From Patescibacteria group bacterium UBA926 (GTDB taxonomy: Bacteria; Patescibacteriota; Doudnabacteria; UBA920), in assembly GCA_002293685.1 (NCBI GenBank), contig DBDS01000007.1:108410-159105 (forward strand): a stretch of 50,696 nt of DNA. Direction: 5' to 3'. The notes under the pieces are model-generated. The model had not been told where the DNA came from, ran no database searches, and saw only the letters and a list, made by a program, of their open reading frames with translations. The translations under genes and the position numbers were made by a program. Positions 9,585 through 17,525 of the stretch are shown here, piece by piece; position 1 is the first letter of the stretch; every line of letters begins with the position of its first letter.

Positions 9585-11924
9585 TTATTCGGCGGTTTTT
9601 TCTTCTGGTTCTTTAGCGGATTTTTTTGAAGCTTTCTTGGCAACTTTCTTTTTAGCGACTTTTTTGCGAGCGGGTTTCTTTTCGCCCTTTGGCACAGGTG
9701 GATTTTCTTTCCAGGCTTTAAATAATTCATCTACCTCGGCTTGAGTTTCTGGTTTGGTATTTAGAATCAAAGTACAATCTGGCCAACGCGTACAAGCGTA
9801 GAATGGTTTACCACGCCCACGCCCTTTTTTCTCTACAAGATCACCAGGCTTGGCTTGGCGTTCTGGGGTCTCCACACACAACGGGCATTTGAATCCGGTC
9901 TTGTTATAGATTTTTGCGATACCTTTACACTTTGGATAGTTTTGGCAACCTAAGAAGAATCCAAATCGGCCGCGATGAACTTTCATAGGTCCTTCACAAA
10001 TTGGACAACGCTCGTCTTTGGTTTTTTCTTCTAGAGCTTTAATTTGTGCAGCTTCCTCGGGCATCGGTTGAGTAACTTTACTACCTTCTTCAGGGCAAGC
10101 TAAGAATTTACCCATACGCCCGTATTTGATAAGCATCGGCTGTTTACAATGCGGGCAAGGTGTAGTTGATACTTCAATTTTCTTGACTACAGATTCTTCT
10201 TTTTCGATAAGGTGTTTTTTAAATGGGGTATAGAACTCTTCGATTACAGGCACCCATTTCAATTTTCCTTCAGCGATGTGGTCGAACTGTTGTTCGATTT
10301 CTGAAGTGAAATTGATATCGATAATTTCTGGGAAGTGCTCGACTAACATATCTGTCACCAAATTACCCTCCTCGGTAGGGGAATATTTTTTATCTTCTTT
10401 GGTTACGTAACCGCGTTCTTGAATTGTGGTTAGGGTTGGTGCGTAAGTTGAAGGACGACCAATACCATGAGCTTCTAAAGCTTTTACTAAACTCGCGTCA
10501 GTATAACGAGGTGGTGGTTCTGTGAAATGTTGGTTCGGGCTAAGTTCGTGTAACTGTAAAATTTCACCAACAGTAAGTTCTGGTAATGCGCCTTCTATTT
10601 CGTCTTCGCTAGTTTCGTCGGTGCCTTCTGTATATGCGCGAACGAAGCCGTCAAACTTAATGACTTGTCCGTTTGCGCGGAAAGTATAGCTCCCTCCACC
10701 CCGGCTTTCAGCCACCCCTCCTCGGGCAGGAGGGGATGCTGAAATATCGATAGCGGTTTGGTCGAAGATTGCCTGTTTCATTTGGCAGGCGATAGTACGC
10801 TTCCAAATTAAATCGTATAAACGGCCGGCATTGCGATCGCTGGCTGAGCGCAAGTTTTGCGGCAACACAGATAAATCTGTTGGACGAATCGCTTCATGTG
10901 CTTCTTGCGCACCCTTGCTTTTGTTTGTGAATAGTCGAGGTTCACTTAGGCCATACTCAGGACCGAATTCTTGCTTGATTACTTCTTGCGCTTGAGCCAA
11001 AGCGCTTGCGGCTAAATTTAAACTATCGGTACGCATGTAGGTGATGTGGCCGTGTTCGTATAAGTGCTGAGCCACCGCCATAGTTTGTTTTGCGCTGAAG
11101 CCAAGTTTGCGCGCCGCTTCTTGTTGTAGGGTAGAAGTAGTGAATGGGGCGGAAGGGTTACGCTTAACTTCCTTTTTTGTAATATCTGTTACTTTGTAAT
11201 CCGCGCCTTCTAAGTCGGTGGTAATTTTCTTTGCGTCAGTTTCGTTAGTGATACCCATTTTACCAACGGCTTTGTCGTTGATTTTGGTAAGCTTAGAATT
11301 AAAAGTTAAGCTGTCTTTAGTTTTTGATAGCAAAGCTTCGATACTCCAGTATTCTTCAGCTTTGAAAGCTTGAATCTCACGTTCGCGCTCGACGATTAAA
11401 CGAACTGCCACCGACTGAACGCGGCCAGCAGATAAACCATAACGAATCTTGCGCCATAAAAATGGAGACAATTCATATCCAACCAAGCGATCAAGAACAC
11501 GACGTGCTTGTTGTGCGTCTACTAGGTTTAGATCTATTGCGCGCGGGTTGGCAAGTGCGTGCTCGATAGCAGGCTTGGTGATTTCGTGAAAGACAATACG
11601 CTTAAGTTTTGGGTCATTGTATTTCATTCCCAAAGCTTCTACTAAGTGCCAAGAAATTGCTTCTCCTTCGCGATCTTCATCAGTTGCCAATATAATAGAG
11701 GAAGCACCTTTGGCCATCTTTTTAAGCTTGGTGATTACTTCCTCTGCCTTTGGTGGAATCGTATAAACAGGTTTAAAATCATGCTCAACATCAATGGAAA
11801 TTTTGCTTTTAGGCAAATCTCGAACATGACCAAAACTGGCTTCAACCTCGAAGTCGCTGCCTAAAAATTTTGAAATTGTTTTCGCCTTGGTTGGCGACTC
11901 TACTATAATAAGTTGTTTACTCAT
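9585..11924 (-). CDS. topA: DNA topoisomerase I
   Basis: IVESPTKAKTI, ATDEDREGEAI, SAGRVQS, ITYMRTDS and GIGRPSTYA motifs; C-terminal zinc ribbons and Lys-rich tail. Confidence 0.98.
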   Translation of the reverse strand: MSKQLIIVESPTKAKTISKFLGSDFEVEASFGHVRDLPKSKISIDVEHDFKPVYTIPPKAEEVITKLKKMAKGASSIILATDEDREGEAISWHLVEALGMKYNDPKLKRIVFHEITKPAIEHALANPRAIDLNLVDAQQARRVLDRLVGYELSPFLWRKIRYGLSAGRVQSVAVRLIVEREREIQAFKAEEYWSIEALLSKTKDSLTFNSKLTKINDKAVGKMGITNETDAKKITTDLEGADYKVTDITKKEVKRNPSAPFTTSTLQQEAARKLGFSAKQTMAVAQHLYEHGHITYMRTDSLNLAASALAQAQEVIKQEFGPEYGLSEPRLFTNKSKGAQEAHEAIRPTDLSVLPQNLRSASDRNAGRLYDLIWKRTIACQMKQAIFDQTAIDISASPPARGGVAESRGGGSYTFRANGQVIKFDGFVRAYTEGTDETSEDEIEGALPELTVGEILQLHELSPNQHFTEPPPRYTDASLVKALEAHGIGRPSTYAPTLTTIQERGYVTKEDKKYSPTEEGNLVTDMLVEHFPEIIDINFTSEIEQQFDHIAEGKLKWVPVIEEFYTPFKKHLIEKEESVVKKIEVSTTPCPHCKQPMLIKYGRMGKFLACPEEGSKVTQPMPEEAAQIKALEEKTKDERCPICEGPMKVHRGRFGFFLGCQNYPKCKGIAKIYNKTGFKCPLCVETPERQAKPGDLVEKKGRGRGKPFYACTRWPDCTLILNTKPETQAEVDELFKAWKENPPVPKGEKKPARKKVAKKKVAKKASKKSAKEPEEKTAE
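10696..10736 (-). repeat. CCCCTCCT/AGGAGGGG palindromic element in frame in topA
   Basis: On - strand CCCCTCCTGCCCGAGGAGGGGTGGCTGAAAGCCGGGGTGG, encoding SPPARGGVAESRGG. Confidence 0.75.
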
Positions 11925-12039
11925 GAAATATTTAAATGATACAAAAGGGAGTTTAGCGGAGACAGCCTTTGTTTGTCAAATTGGTTATAGACAGCGAGTT
12001 AAAAGTTCTTTATAATAAGCACAAAAAGGGAGGTGTTAG

Positions 12040-12270
12040 ATGAGGACTGCTTCGAACGATAGATGGATATGGCGTTTTGTGTTTGTAGGGTCAGTAGTTT
12101 TTGTTATTCTTGCGGTGAAGCTTGTAGATTGCATCATTGCATTGGTCCCTTCCACTTATTTTTTGGAGGATTCTGTTTGGGACAAAGTATTTCAGTCCCA
12201 AATAATTTTAGCAAGCTTGATATTTGCTTTATGTATCGATATCTTGCTTGGGCGCATAGCAAGAAGTTAG
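12040..12270 (+). CDS. Small orphan membrane protein (2 TM)
   Basis: GGAGGT SD; TAGACA-17-TATAAT promoter. Confidence 0.7.
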   Translation: MRTASNDRWIWRFVFVGSVVFVILAVKLVDCIIALVPSTYFLEDSVWDKVFQSQIILASLIFALCIDILLGRIARS

Positions 12271-12272
12271 AA

Positions 12273-12314
12273 GTTAAGGCGTAATCACATTTGTGGTTGC
12301 GCCGATTTTATTTA
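12273..12314. repeat. 42-bp direct repeat of the CapA-family gene 3' end (partner at 12969-13010)
   Basis: GTTA(A/C)GGCGTAATCACATTTGTGGTTGCGCCGATTTTATTTA, 41/42 identical. Confidence 0.9.
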
Positions 12315-12365
12315 TTGCATATTTAGAGTAGTAATGTTAATATTGGCTTGAAATGGAGGAATATA

Positions 12366-12671
12366 ATGAAACAACGTTCAGGTAGTAATCAAGTTGTGTT
12401 GGAGAATTTGTCGTTTGATGTCGGATGGTGGAGACAGACTCGGCGTGACGGAAGAATTATAATAGCTTCTTTTGCGATGATTTTACTCCTCATATTGGTG
12501 GTGATTGCGGGCTTGGCTTGGGGTACAGCATATATTACAGGTGAGTCTAATGCTTTCACCAAGGGTTGGTGGCATTTACCAGCGATTCCGGTTGGTGGAT
12601 ATTTGCTAACAGAGGCGTTCCTTTTAATAGACAAGATTTTTGTCTATTACCGCCATGGAGAAAAATTATGA
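12366..12671 (+). CDS. Small orphan membrane protein (2 TM)
   Basis: GGAGG SD before ATG 12366; two hydrophobic segments. Confidence 0.65.
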   Translation: MKQRSGSNQVVLENLSFDVGWWRQTRRDGRIIIASFAMILLLILVVIAGLAWGTAYITGESNAFTKGWWHLPAIPVGGYLLTEAFLLIDKIFVYYRHGEKL

Positions 12672-12967
12672 GATGGAAATCGTTCATGCGCAGAAATCAT
12701 ATTTTTTTTGCACTCTGGTTGGCGCCGGCGGGATTATTTATCCCACTGGTGGGGGTGGTTTTCTATAGCTCCTTCAGTTTTTTTAAGGCTAGCTTTTACA
12801 CTTTGACTGTGATCTCGGCCTCGTTTCTGCTAACGGGTGGTTTGATAGCATTGATGAGTGAGTCGATGCGAATTTTGGCAGCGAACCGGTGGAAGAAAGG
12901 AGATTGGATAAGCGTAGTCAAACGACGCGAAAACCGATTTGGGAAAAGAGTCGTCCAGAGAAATTGA
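12668..12967 (+). CDS. Small orphan membrane protein (2 TM)
   Basis: ATGA overlap with the upstream ORF; GGAG SD; two hydrophobic segments. Confidence 0.6.
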   Translation: MRWKSFMRRNHIFFALWLAPAGLFIPLVGVVFYSSFSFFKASFYTLTVISASFLLTGGLIALMSESMRILAANRWKKGDWISVVKRRENRFGKRVVQRN

Positions 12968-12969
12968 CG

Positions 12970-14172
12970 TTACGGCGTAATCACATTTGTGGTTGCGCCG
13001 ATTTTATTTAGAATTATTTGTTTCTCTACCTCAGTTGCAATTCTAGGTTGTCCGTAGTTTTCTATGATAATTGGAACAAGCTCAATTGTTTTGAGTTTAG
13101 CTGGCTCTTTGCTACCTTGCAAATCAGTTGTACACACCAAGTTGATTTGATCCGTGCGTGATAGAGGAGTTGGGGAGTTTGGATTGAGCCCAGGGTGGCA
13201 CAAACCTTTTCGTGATAAAGTAATTTTTAACATCAAGCCTTCTTTGGTGTCCTGATTCCACATTTGATCGAACACAAAATTTCCTAAGCTATAAAATATA
13301 TATTTTTGATTGTATTGCTCGATAGTTTGAACCCAATGGGGGTGAGTACCAATTACCATATCGGCTCCATTGTCGATGGCGGTTCTTGCGAAATCGATTT
13401 GGCTTTGGTTTGGTGTTCGCACGTATTCTTCACCAGCATGCATCGTGACAATTATAAAGTCTGATCTAGATTTTAGTTCATTTAGCGAAGCAATTAATCT
13501 TTCTTTGTCCTTAATTAATGCAACATTGTAATTGCTCGAACCACTATGATAAGTAGCGCCAATGAAGCCGATTCGAATTCCTTTAATTGAAAAAACCTGA
13601 CCACGCCACGCTTCATCTAAGTTTTCTCCAGCTCCAACAGGCAGCATCTGATTCTCCCTTAGTAAATCCCGGGTGTATATTAAACCTTCAATTCCTTGGT
13701 TGGTAATATGATTGTTAGCCAGGTTAAGCACCTTGAAGTTATATTGTTCGAGCCCGGCAAAGGCCCAAGTAGGGGCATTAAATTTTAGATCTGGACCAAC
13801 TTGAAAATCATCTCGGCCACTGAAAGGGGACTCGAGATTACCAAAATTAAAATCTACATCCCAGCCTAATTCTTGCTCAAGATTTCTGAATGGCCAATAT
13901 GCATCGCGGTTGTTTTTGTATATTCGATTCGCGACTTCGCGGGAGAGCATAATATCACCGACAGCATTGAACGTTACCTCTGTGCTTAGGTCTTCATTTT
14001 GCCCCAACTGATCTTGGGAAAGTTTGTAATAATCTTCGAATGAACCGCCCGAGCTACCATTGTAAAGTGGGTCCTTGGGTTCTGGATTTAACGTTAAATT
14101 AATGAACGCACCTGCGATAGTAAGTAATATAATAATGAATGCGATTCGAAATGTTGGAACGTGGATATTCAT
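12970..14172 (-). CDS. CapA family (PGA_cap) metallophosphatase-like protein
   Basis: AVGDIML, GNLESP, LANNH, MHAGEEY, IGTHPHWVQ and YSLGNFVFDQ motifs; N-terminal TM anchor. Confidence 0.92.
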   Translation of the reverse strand: MNIHVPTFRIAFIIILLTIAGAFINLTLNPEPKDPLYNGSSGGSFEDYYKLSQDQLGQNEDLSTEVTFNAVGDIMLSREVANRIYKNNRDAYWPFRNLEQELGWDVDFNFGNLESPFSGRDDFQVGPDLKFNAPTWAFAGLEQYNFKVLNLANNHITNQGIEGLIYTRDLLRENQMLPVGAGENLDEAWRGQVFSIKGIRIGFIGATYHSGSSNYNVALIKDKERLIASLNELKSRSDFIIVTMHAGEEYVRTPNQSQIDFARTAIDNGADMVIGTHPHWVQTIEQYNQKYIFYSLGNFVFDQMWNQDTKEGLMLKITLSRKGLCHPGLNPNSPTPLSRTDQINLVCTTDLQGSKEPAKLKTIELVPIIIENYGQPRIATEVEKQIILNKIGATTNVITP

Positions 14173-15272
14173 ACTTTCTGATAAATTTGCGGACTGACTT
14201 GGGAAATTAAACCTTTCAATTCAAGTGAGGAGAGAGTGGCTTGGATTTCATTTACTGGGAGACGGGTTTTGTTAGAGATTTCTTCAAAATCTATGTTATC
14301 GATTTGCATATATTTTAACACAAGGCTTTCTGTGGGTGAAAGCTGAACGTTTGATTTATGCTCAGACACACTCGCTATTGCAATCCCTAATTCTTCCAAA
14401 ATATCTTCCGAGCTTTGAATTAATTTTGCGCCATGTTCAATAAGCTGATGTGGACCAAAGCTTAGCGGGGAAGTTATTGGACCGGGTACCGCAAAAACAG
14501 AGCGGTTAAAATCCATAGCGAAATCGGAAGTAATCAACGCACCACTCTTTTTACCAGCTTCTACTATAACAACGCCGCATGATAACCCTGCGATTATTCT
14601 GTTGCGTGCGATGAATTGATGTTTGCGTGCCTCGGACCCGGGTGGGTATTCGGAAATAATTAACCCGTTGTGGTCTAGAATATCCATCGCTAACTTAAAA
14701 TTTTCCCGAGGGTAAATCCATTCATCGTCTGGTCCACTTCCAAGAACAGCCACGGTTGGGATATTGTTAGCGATGGCTGATTTATGACTGACCGCATCAA
14801 TTCCGTACGCCAGACCAGAAATAATCCCAAAAGGATAATTTGATAGACCTGAAACTAACTTTTCGGTAACCGCAATTCCATATTTGGTTGCACGGCGACT
14901 TCCAACAAAGCCAACCAAGTTTTCATTTTCTAACAACTTTAAATTTCCACGATAGTAAATTATGAGCGGGGGATCGGGAATTTGTTTTAGCAACTTAGGA
15001 TAGTTTTCCTCACAAATATTTATTGTCTGGACTTTTGCTAATTTCCATCTGTGAGATAATTCAGTTGGCGATTCTTTAATAAACAAATTATGAAACTTTT
15101 TAGTTTGCTCGTAATTTAAATCTACGGACCGGCAGAAATCCTGAGGATTAAGAATTTTGTTTTTTTCAACCGAAACGCGCTCGTACCATTCCCAAATTAG
15201 ACCAGCGAACTTGGGGTGGGTATGGCTCGTGGCTTGGCTTAATATATAGAGTAAATAATCGACTTGGCTCAT
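14169..15272 (-). CDS. dprA: DNA-processing protein DprA
   Basis: YPKLLKQIPDPP, VGSRRAT, ISGLAYGID, RNRIIAGLS and SGALIT motifs; C-terminal wHTH. Confidence 0.96.
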   Translation of the reverse strand: MSQVDYLLYILSQATSHTHPKFAGLIWEWYERVSVEKNKILNPQDFCRSVDLNYEQTKKFHNLFIKESPTELSHRWKLAKVQTINICEENYPKLLKQIPDPPLIIYYRGNLKLLENENLVGFVGSRRATKYGIAVTEKLVSGLSNYPFGIISGLAYGIDAVSHKSAIANNIPTVAVLGSGPDDEWIYPRENFKLAMDILDHNGLIISEYPPGSEARKHQFIARNRIIAGLSCGVVIVEAGKKSGALITSDFAMDFNRSVFAVPGPITSPLSFGPHQLIEHGAKLIQSSEDILEELGIAIASVSEHKSNVQLSPTESLVLKYMQIDNIDFEEISNKTRLPVNEIQATLSSLELKGLISQVSPQIYQKV

Positions 15273-15278
15273 GTGTTA

Positions 15279-15300
15279 ATTCTGCCAAACGAGCCATCAA
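15279..15300 (-). promoter_or_regulatory. Putative competence-type promoter (TTGA-N10-GGCAGAAT)
   Basis: Same spacing as the motifs before comEC and the LTD gene; ATG 6 nt downstream. Confidence 0.5.
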
Positions 15301-15389
15301 ATCCTAATAAATATTTCCTCATTTTAGGGGCAATATTTACTGAATTTTTTATAAAATATGTCCTATTTCTAATGTTTTTACAGCCAATA

Positions 15390-15418
15390 TTGACAAAATG
15401 GCAAATTTGATGTATACT
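15390..15418 (+). promoter_or_regulatory. Sigma70 promoter driving a non-coding transcript
   Basis: TTGACA-17-TATACT. Confidence 0.8.
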
Positions 15419-15424
15419 TCTATC

Positions 15425-15612
15425 ACGATTTGTCTTCAGTATCCTACTTACAAGTCGCGACAGTGAACATCATCCCTCCTATATGTTCGCCAGTAGCGGT
15501 TAAGTAGAGATGTCGCAGCTATTGTTGTGCTTCTCTCACTTGTGGGTGGGGTAGTGAAGATAAACGAAACCGTCAAAACTATTCGAAAAAACAGCCGTTC
15601 TACGGCTGTTTT
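15425..15612 (+). ncRNA. Candidate structured ncRNA of unknown family
   Basis: Promoter upstream; 26-bp closing stem with 5 G-U pairs; two internal hairpins; terminator at 15586-15612; no sizeable ORF. Confidence 0.65.
15586..15612. terminator. Bidirectional terminator (ncRNA / pth)
   Basis: AAAAAACAGCCGTTCTACGGCTGTTTT. Confidence 0.8.
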
Positions 15613-16150
15613 ATTTTTGAAGAAATGCTTCTATGAGTTTGTTCGTTTCCGGAAAAACTTTTTCTTTTAGCTGTGCGAGTTCCTCGTCTGTAAACTTTTG
15701 CAGAACGAACTCATCAGTAGGAAGAGGGGAGTCTGGTTCACGCGCTTCAACACCAATTCGGATACGTGCAAAGTCTTTTGTTCCAAGTTCATCAATAGTA
15801 TTTTGAACGCCGTTGTGGCCGCCAGCGCCGCTGCCACTACCAGATTTAATTTGTCCAAAAACTAAATCCTTATCGTCATGGATTACTAGTAAATCGGTAG
15901 TCACGTCGATTTTATAGAATGCCGCGATTTCTCGAATTACTTCACCAGATAGATTCATATAACTTTGAGGTTTTACGAAGAAAACTTTCATTCCATTTTC
16001 ATGATACTCACAAACCTGAGCGTTGAATTTACTTTGGCAAGTGATCGCATCGCGATCTTTCAGAAAATAATCAATTGCTAAAAACCCAGCGTTGTGGCGG
16101 GTGAGTTCATATCTATTTCCAGGATTTCCTAAACCTACGATGATTTTCAC
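15611..16150 (-). CDS. pth: Peptidyl-tRNA hydrolase
   Basis: KIIVGLGNPG, TRHNAGF, KPQSYMNLSG, HDD, GGHNG and RIRIGV motifs. Confidence 0.97.
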   Translation of the reverse strand: MKIIVGLGNPGNRYELTRHNAGFLAIDYFLKDRDAITCQSKFNAQVCEYHENGMKVFFVKPQSYMNLSGEVIREIAAFYKIDVTTDLLVIHDDKDLVFGQIKSGSGSGAGGHNGVQNTIDELGTKDFARIRIGVEAREPDSPLPTDEFVLQKFTDEELAQLKEKVFPETNKLIEAFLQK

Positions 16151-16446
16151 CCTGTTAAACTTTCTTTAAGTTAATGTGCATTATAAATTGCGACATGCGT
16201 GTAAATTAAAAAATTATAGTCTCAACCCTGCTAGTTTAACAGGGTTCACCCTATTAAATATACACTAGCCTGATAAGCTCTATATAAACTATTATTCAAC
16301 AAACATCAAAACCAAACTGCTAATCTACGGTCATTTAACAGGGTTCACCCTATTAAATATACACTAGCCTGATAAGCTCTATATAAACTATTATTCAACA
16401 AACATCAAAACCAAACTGCTAATCTACGGTCATTTAACAGGGTTCA
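16146..16446. repeat. Array of three 99-bp inverted-repeat-bounded units at the pth start
   Basis: TTCA junctions at 16146, 16245, 16344 and 16443; each unit CCCT(G/A)TTAAA...TTTAACAGGG; units 2 and 3 identical, unit 1 has a different interior. Confidence 0.9.
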
Positions 16447-16527
16447 TGTGGGTATTATAGCAAAGTTGCGGCAGTTGACTAAGTTTAATCGAAAAGGGAT
16501 AATCAGAATAAATCACAGGAGGTAACT

Positions 16528-17049
16528 ATGAGCAATAGCTATTTGCGCAAGTCCAGTCTGCCCAAAAGATTTCCGCAGATTCAGATTTTCATTCTGCACA
16601 ATAAATGCAGTGACAAAATGTTTTTGCAATATGTGTCTGGGGATCAGGTTATGCCGTACGAGAGCACATCAGAATTGGTCGGTATCGTCAGGGTCTCAGA
16701 TTTCAGCTCAGATTTTATGCCTTACTCTTATGAGACTCAGGTCCGATTGTACGAGGGGATAATCATCCTAATCGGTTATGCGGCGATGCATATGAAAAAG
16801 CATCGCGGTGAACGGCAAAAATCTTTGCCAGGGGATTTCAAGAAGTTAGCAAAAAAAGCAATTCGAACCTATCAACAAATTATGGGAAACAGTTTTTTGA
16901 CCCGTAGTTTTGTTCGGAAAGTATATGCCACGCTTCACAAAATCTGGCTTCATGCCAAAGCTTACTATCGGTGGTGTGAAAGGTTCGTGGAACTACAGGC
17001 AAAATTGCTTAAGCACCGGCCTATCGAAGCTTTTGGATTTGAATGCTAA
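16528..17049 (+). CDS. Hypothetical orphan protein
   Basis: AGGAGGT SD; TTGACT-17-GATAAT promoter. Confidence 0.7.
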   Translation: MSNSYLRKSSLPKRFPQIQIFILHNKCSDKMFLQYVSGDQVMPYESTSELVGIVRVSDFSSDFMPYSYETQVRLYEGIIILIGYAAMHMKKHRGERQKSLPGDFKKLAKKAIRTYQQIMGNSFLTRSFVRKVYATLHKIWLHAKAYYRWCERFVELQAKLLKHRPIEAFGFEC

Positions 17050-17111
17050 GCTTCGGCCCAGAGAAATCTGGGCCTTTATGTTATAATTTTATTGCAATTA
17101 ATTTTAAATAT

Positions 17112-17486
17112 ATGAGAGATGAACGAGGTAATTTTGGAGGAAGTGAAGTAGAGGGGATGCGACCTGAAGACTTCCGATTTGAAGCTCCTAAAACTGTGGA
17201 ATCTACCCATCATGAAGAAGCTTCAGATGTAAACAGTATCGTACTTAAATATAATACTGAACTTACAACCGCAGATTTATCAGATCGATCTGTATTTCGA
17301 GAATATCTAGCAGATGCGGAATATGTCCGCGAGAATAATCCAGCAGAGGGTAAAAAGTTGCTTGGCATGCTCAATGATAGATTGAAGGAGATGAAACTCG
17401 AAGAATATATAGCAGAAGTAGAATCACATCCTCCGACTAACGAAGACATCGATAAAGCTTTAGGAAAAGTTGCAGGTAGAGAATAA
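17112..17486 (+). CDS. Hypothetical acidic protein
   Basis: ORF from ATG 17112 downstream of TGTTATAAT; terminator follows. Confidence 0.65.
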   Translation: MRDERGNFGGSEVEGMRPEDFRFEAPKTVESTHHEEASDVNSIVLKYNTELTTADLSDRSVFREYLADAEYVRENNPAEGKKLLGMLNDRLKEMKLEEYIAEVESHPPTNEDIDKALGKVAGRE

Positions 17487-17487
17487 T

Positions 17488-17519
17488 AAAAAACCGCCCG
17501 AATGTACCGGGCGGTTTTT
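17488..17519. terminator. Bidirectional terminator
   Basis: AAAAAACCGCCCG...CGGGCGGTTTTT. Confidence 0.8.
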
Positions 17520-17525
17520 AAATTG

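Noticed and set aside
15425-15612. Assigning the ncRNA as SRP, tmRNA or RNase P
   Set aside because: No SRP GNRA/AGCAG helix-8 signature, no tRNA-like ends, and too short for RNase P.
16146-16446. CRISPR array
   Set aside because: Only three units, interiors of about 75 nt with two identical, and no cas genes in the window. The terminal half-repeats fit inserted IR-bounded units better.
16146-16446. In-frame N-terminal extension of Pth (99 is a multiple of 3)
   Set aside because: In-frame stops occur in every unit (ATG AAC CCT GTT AAA TGA; ...AGA CTA TAA).
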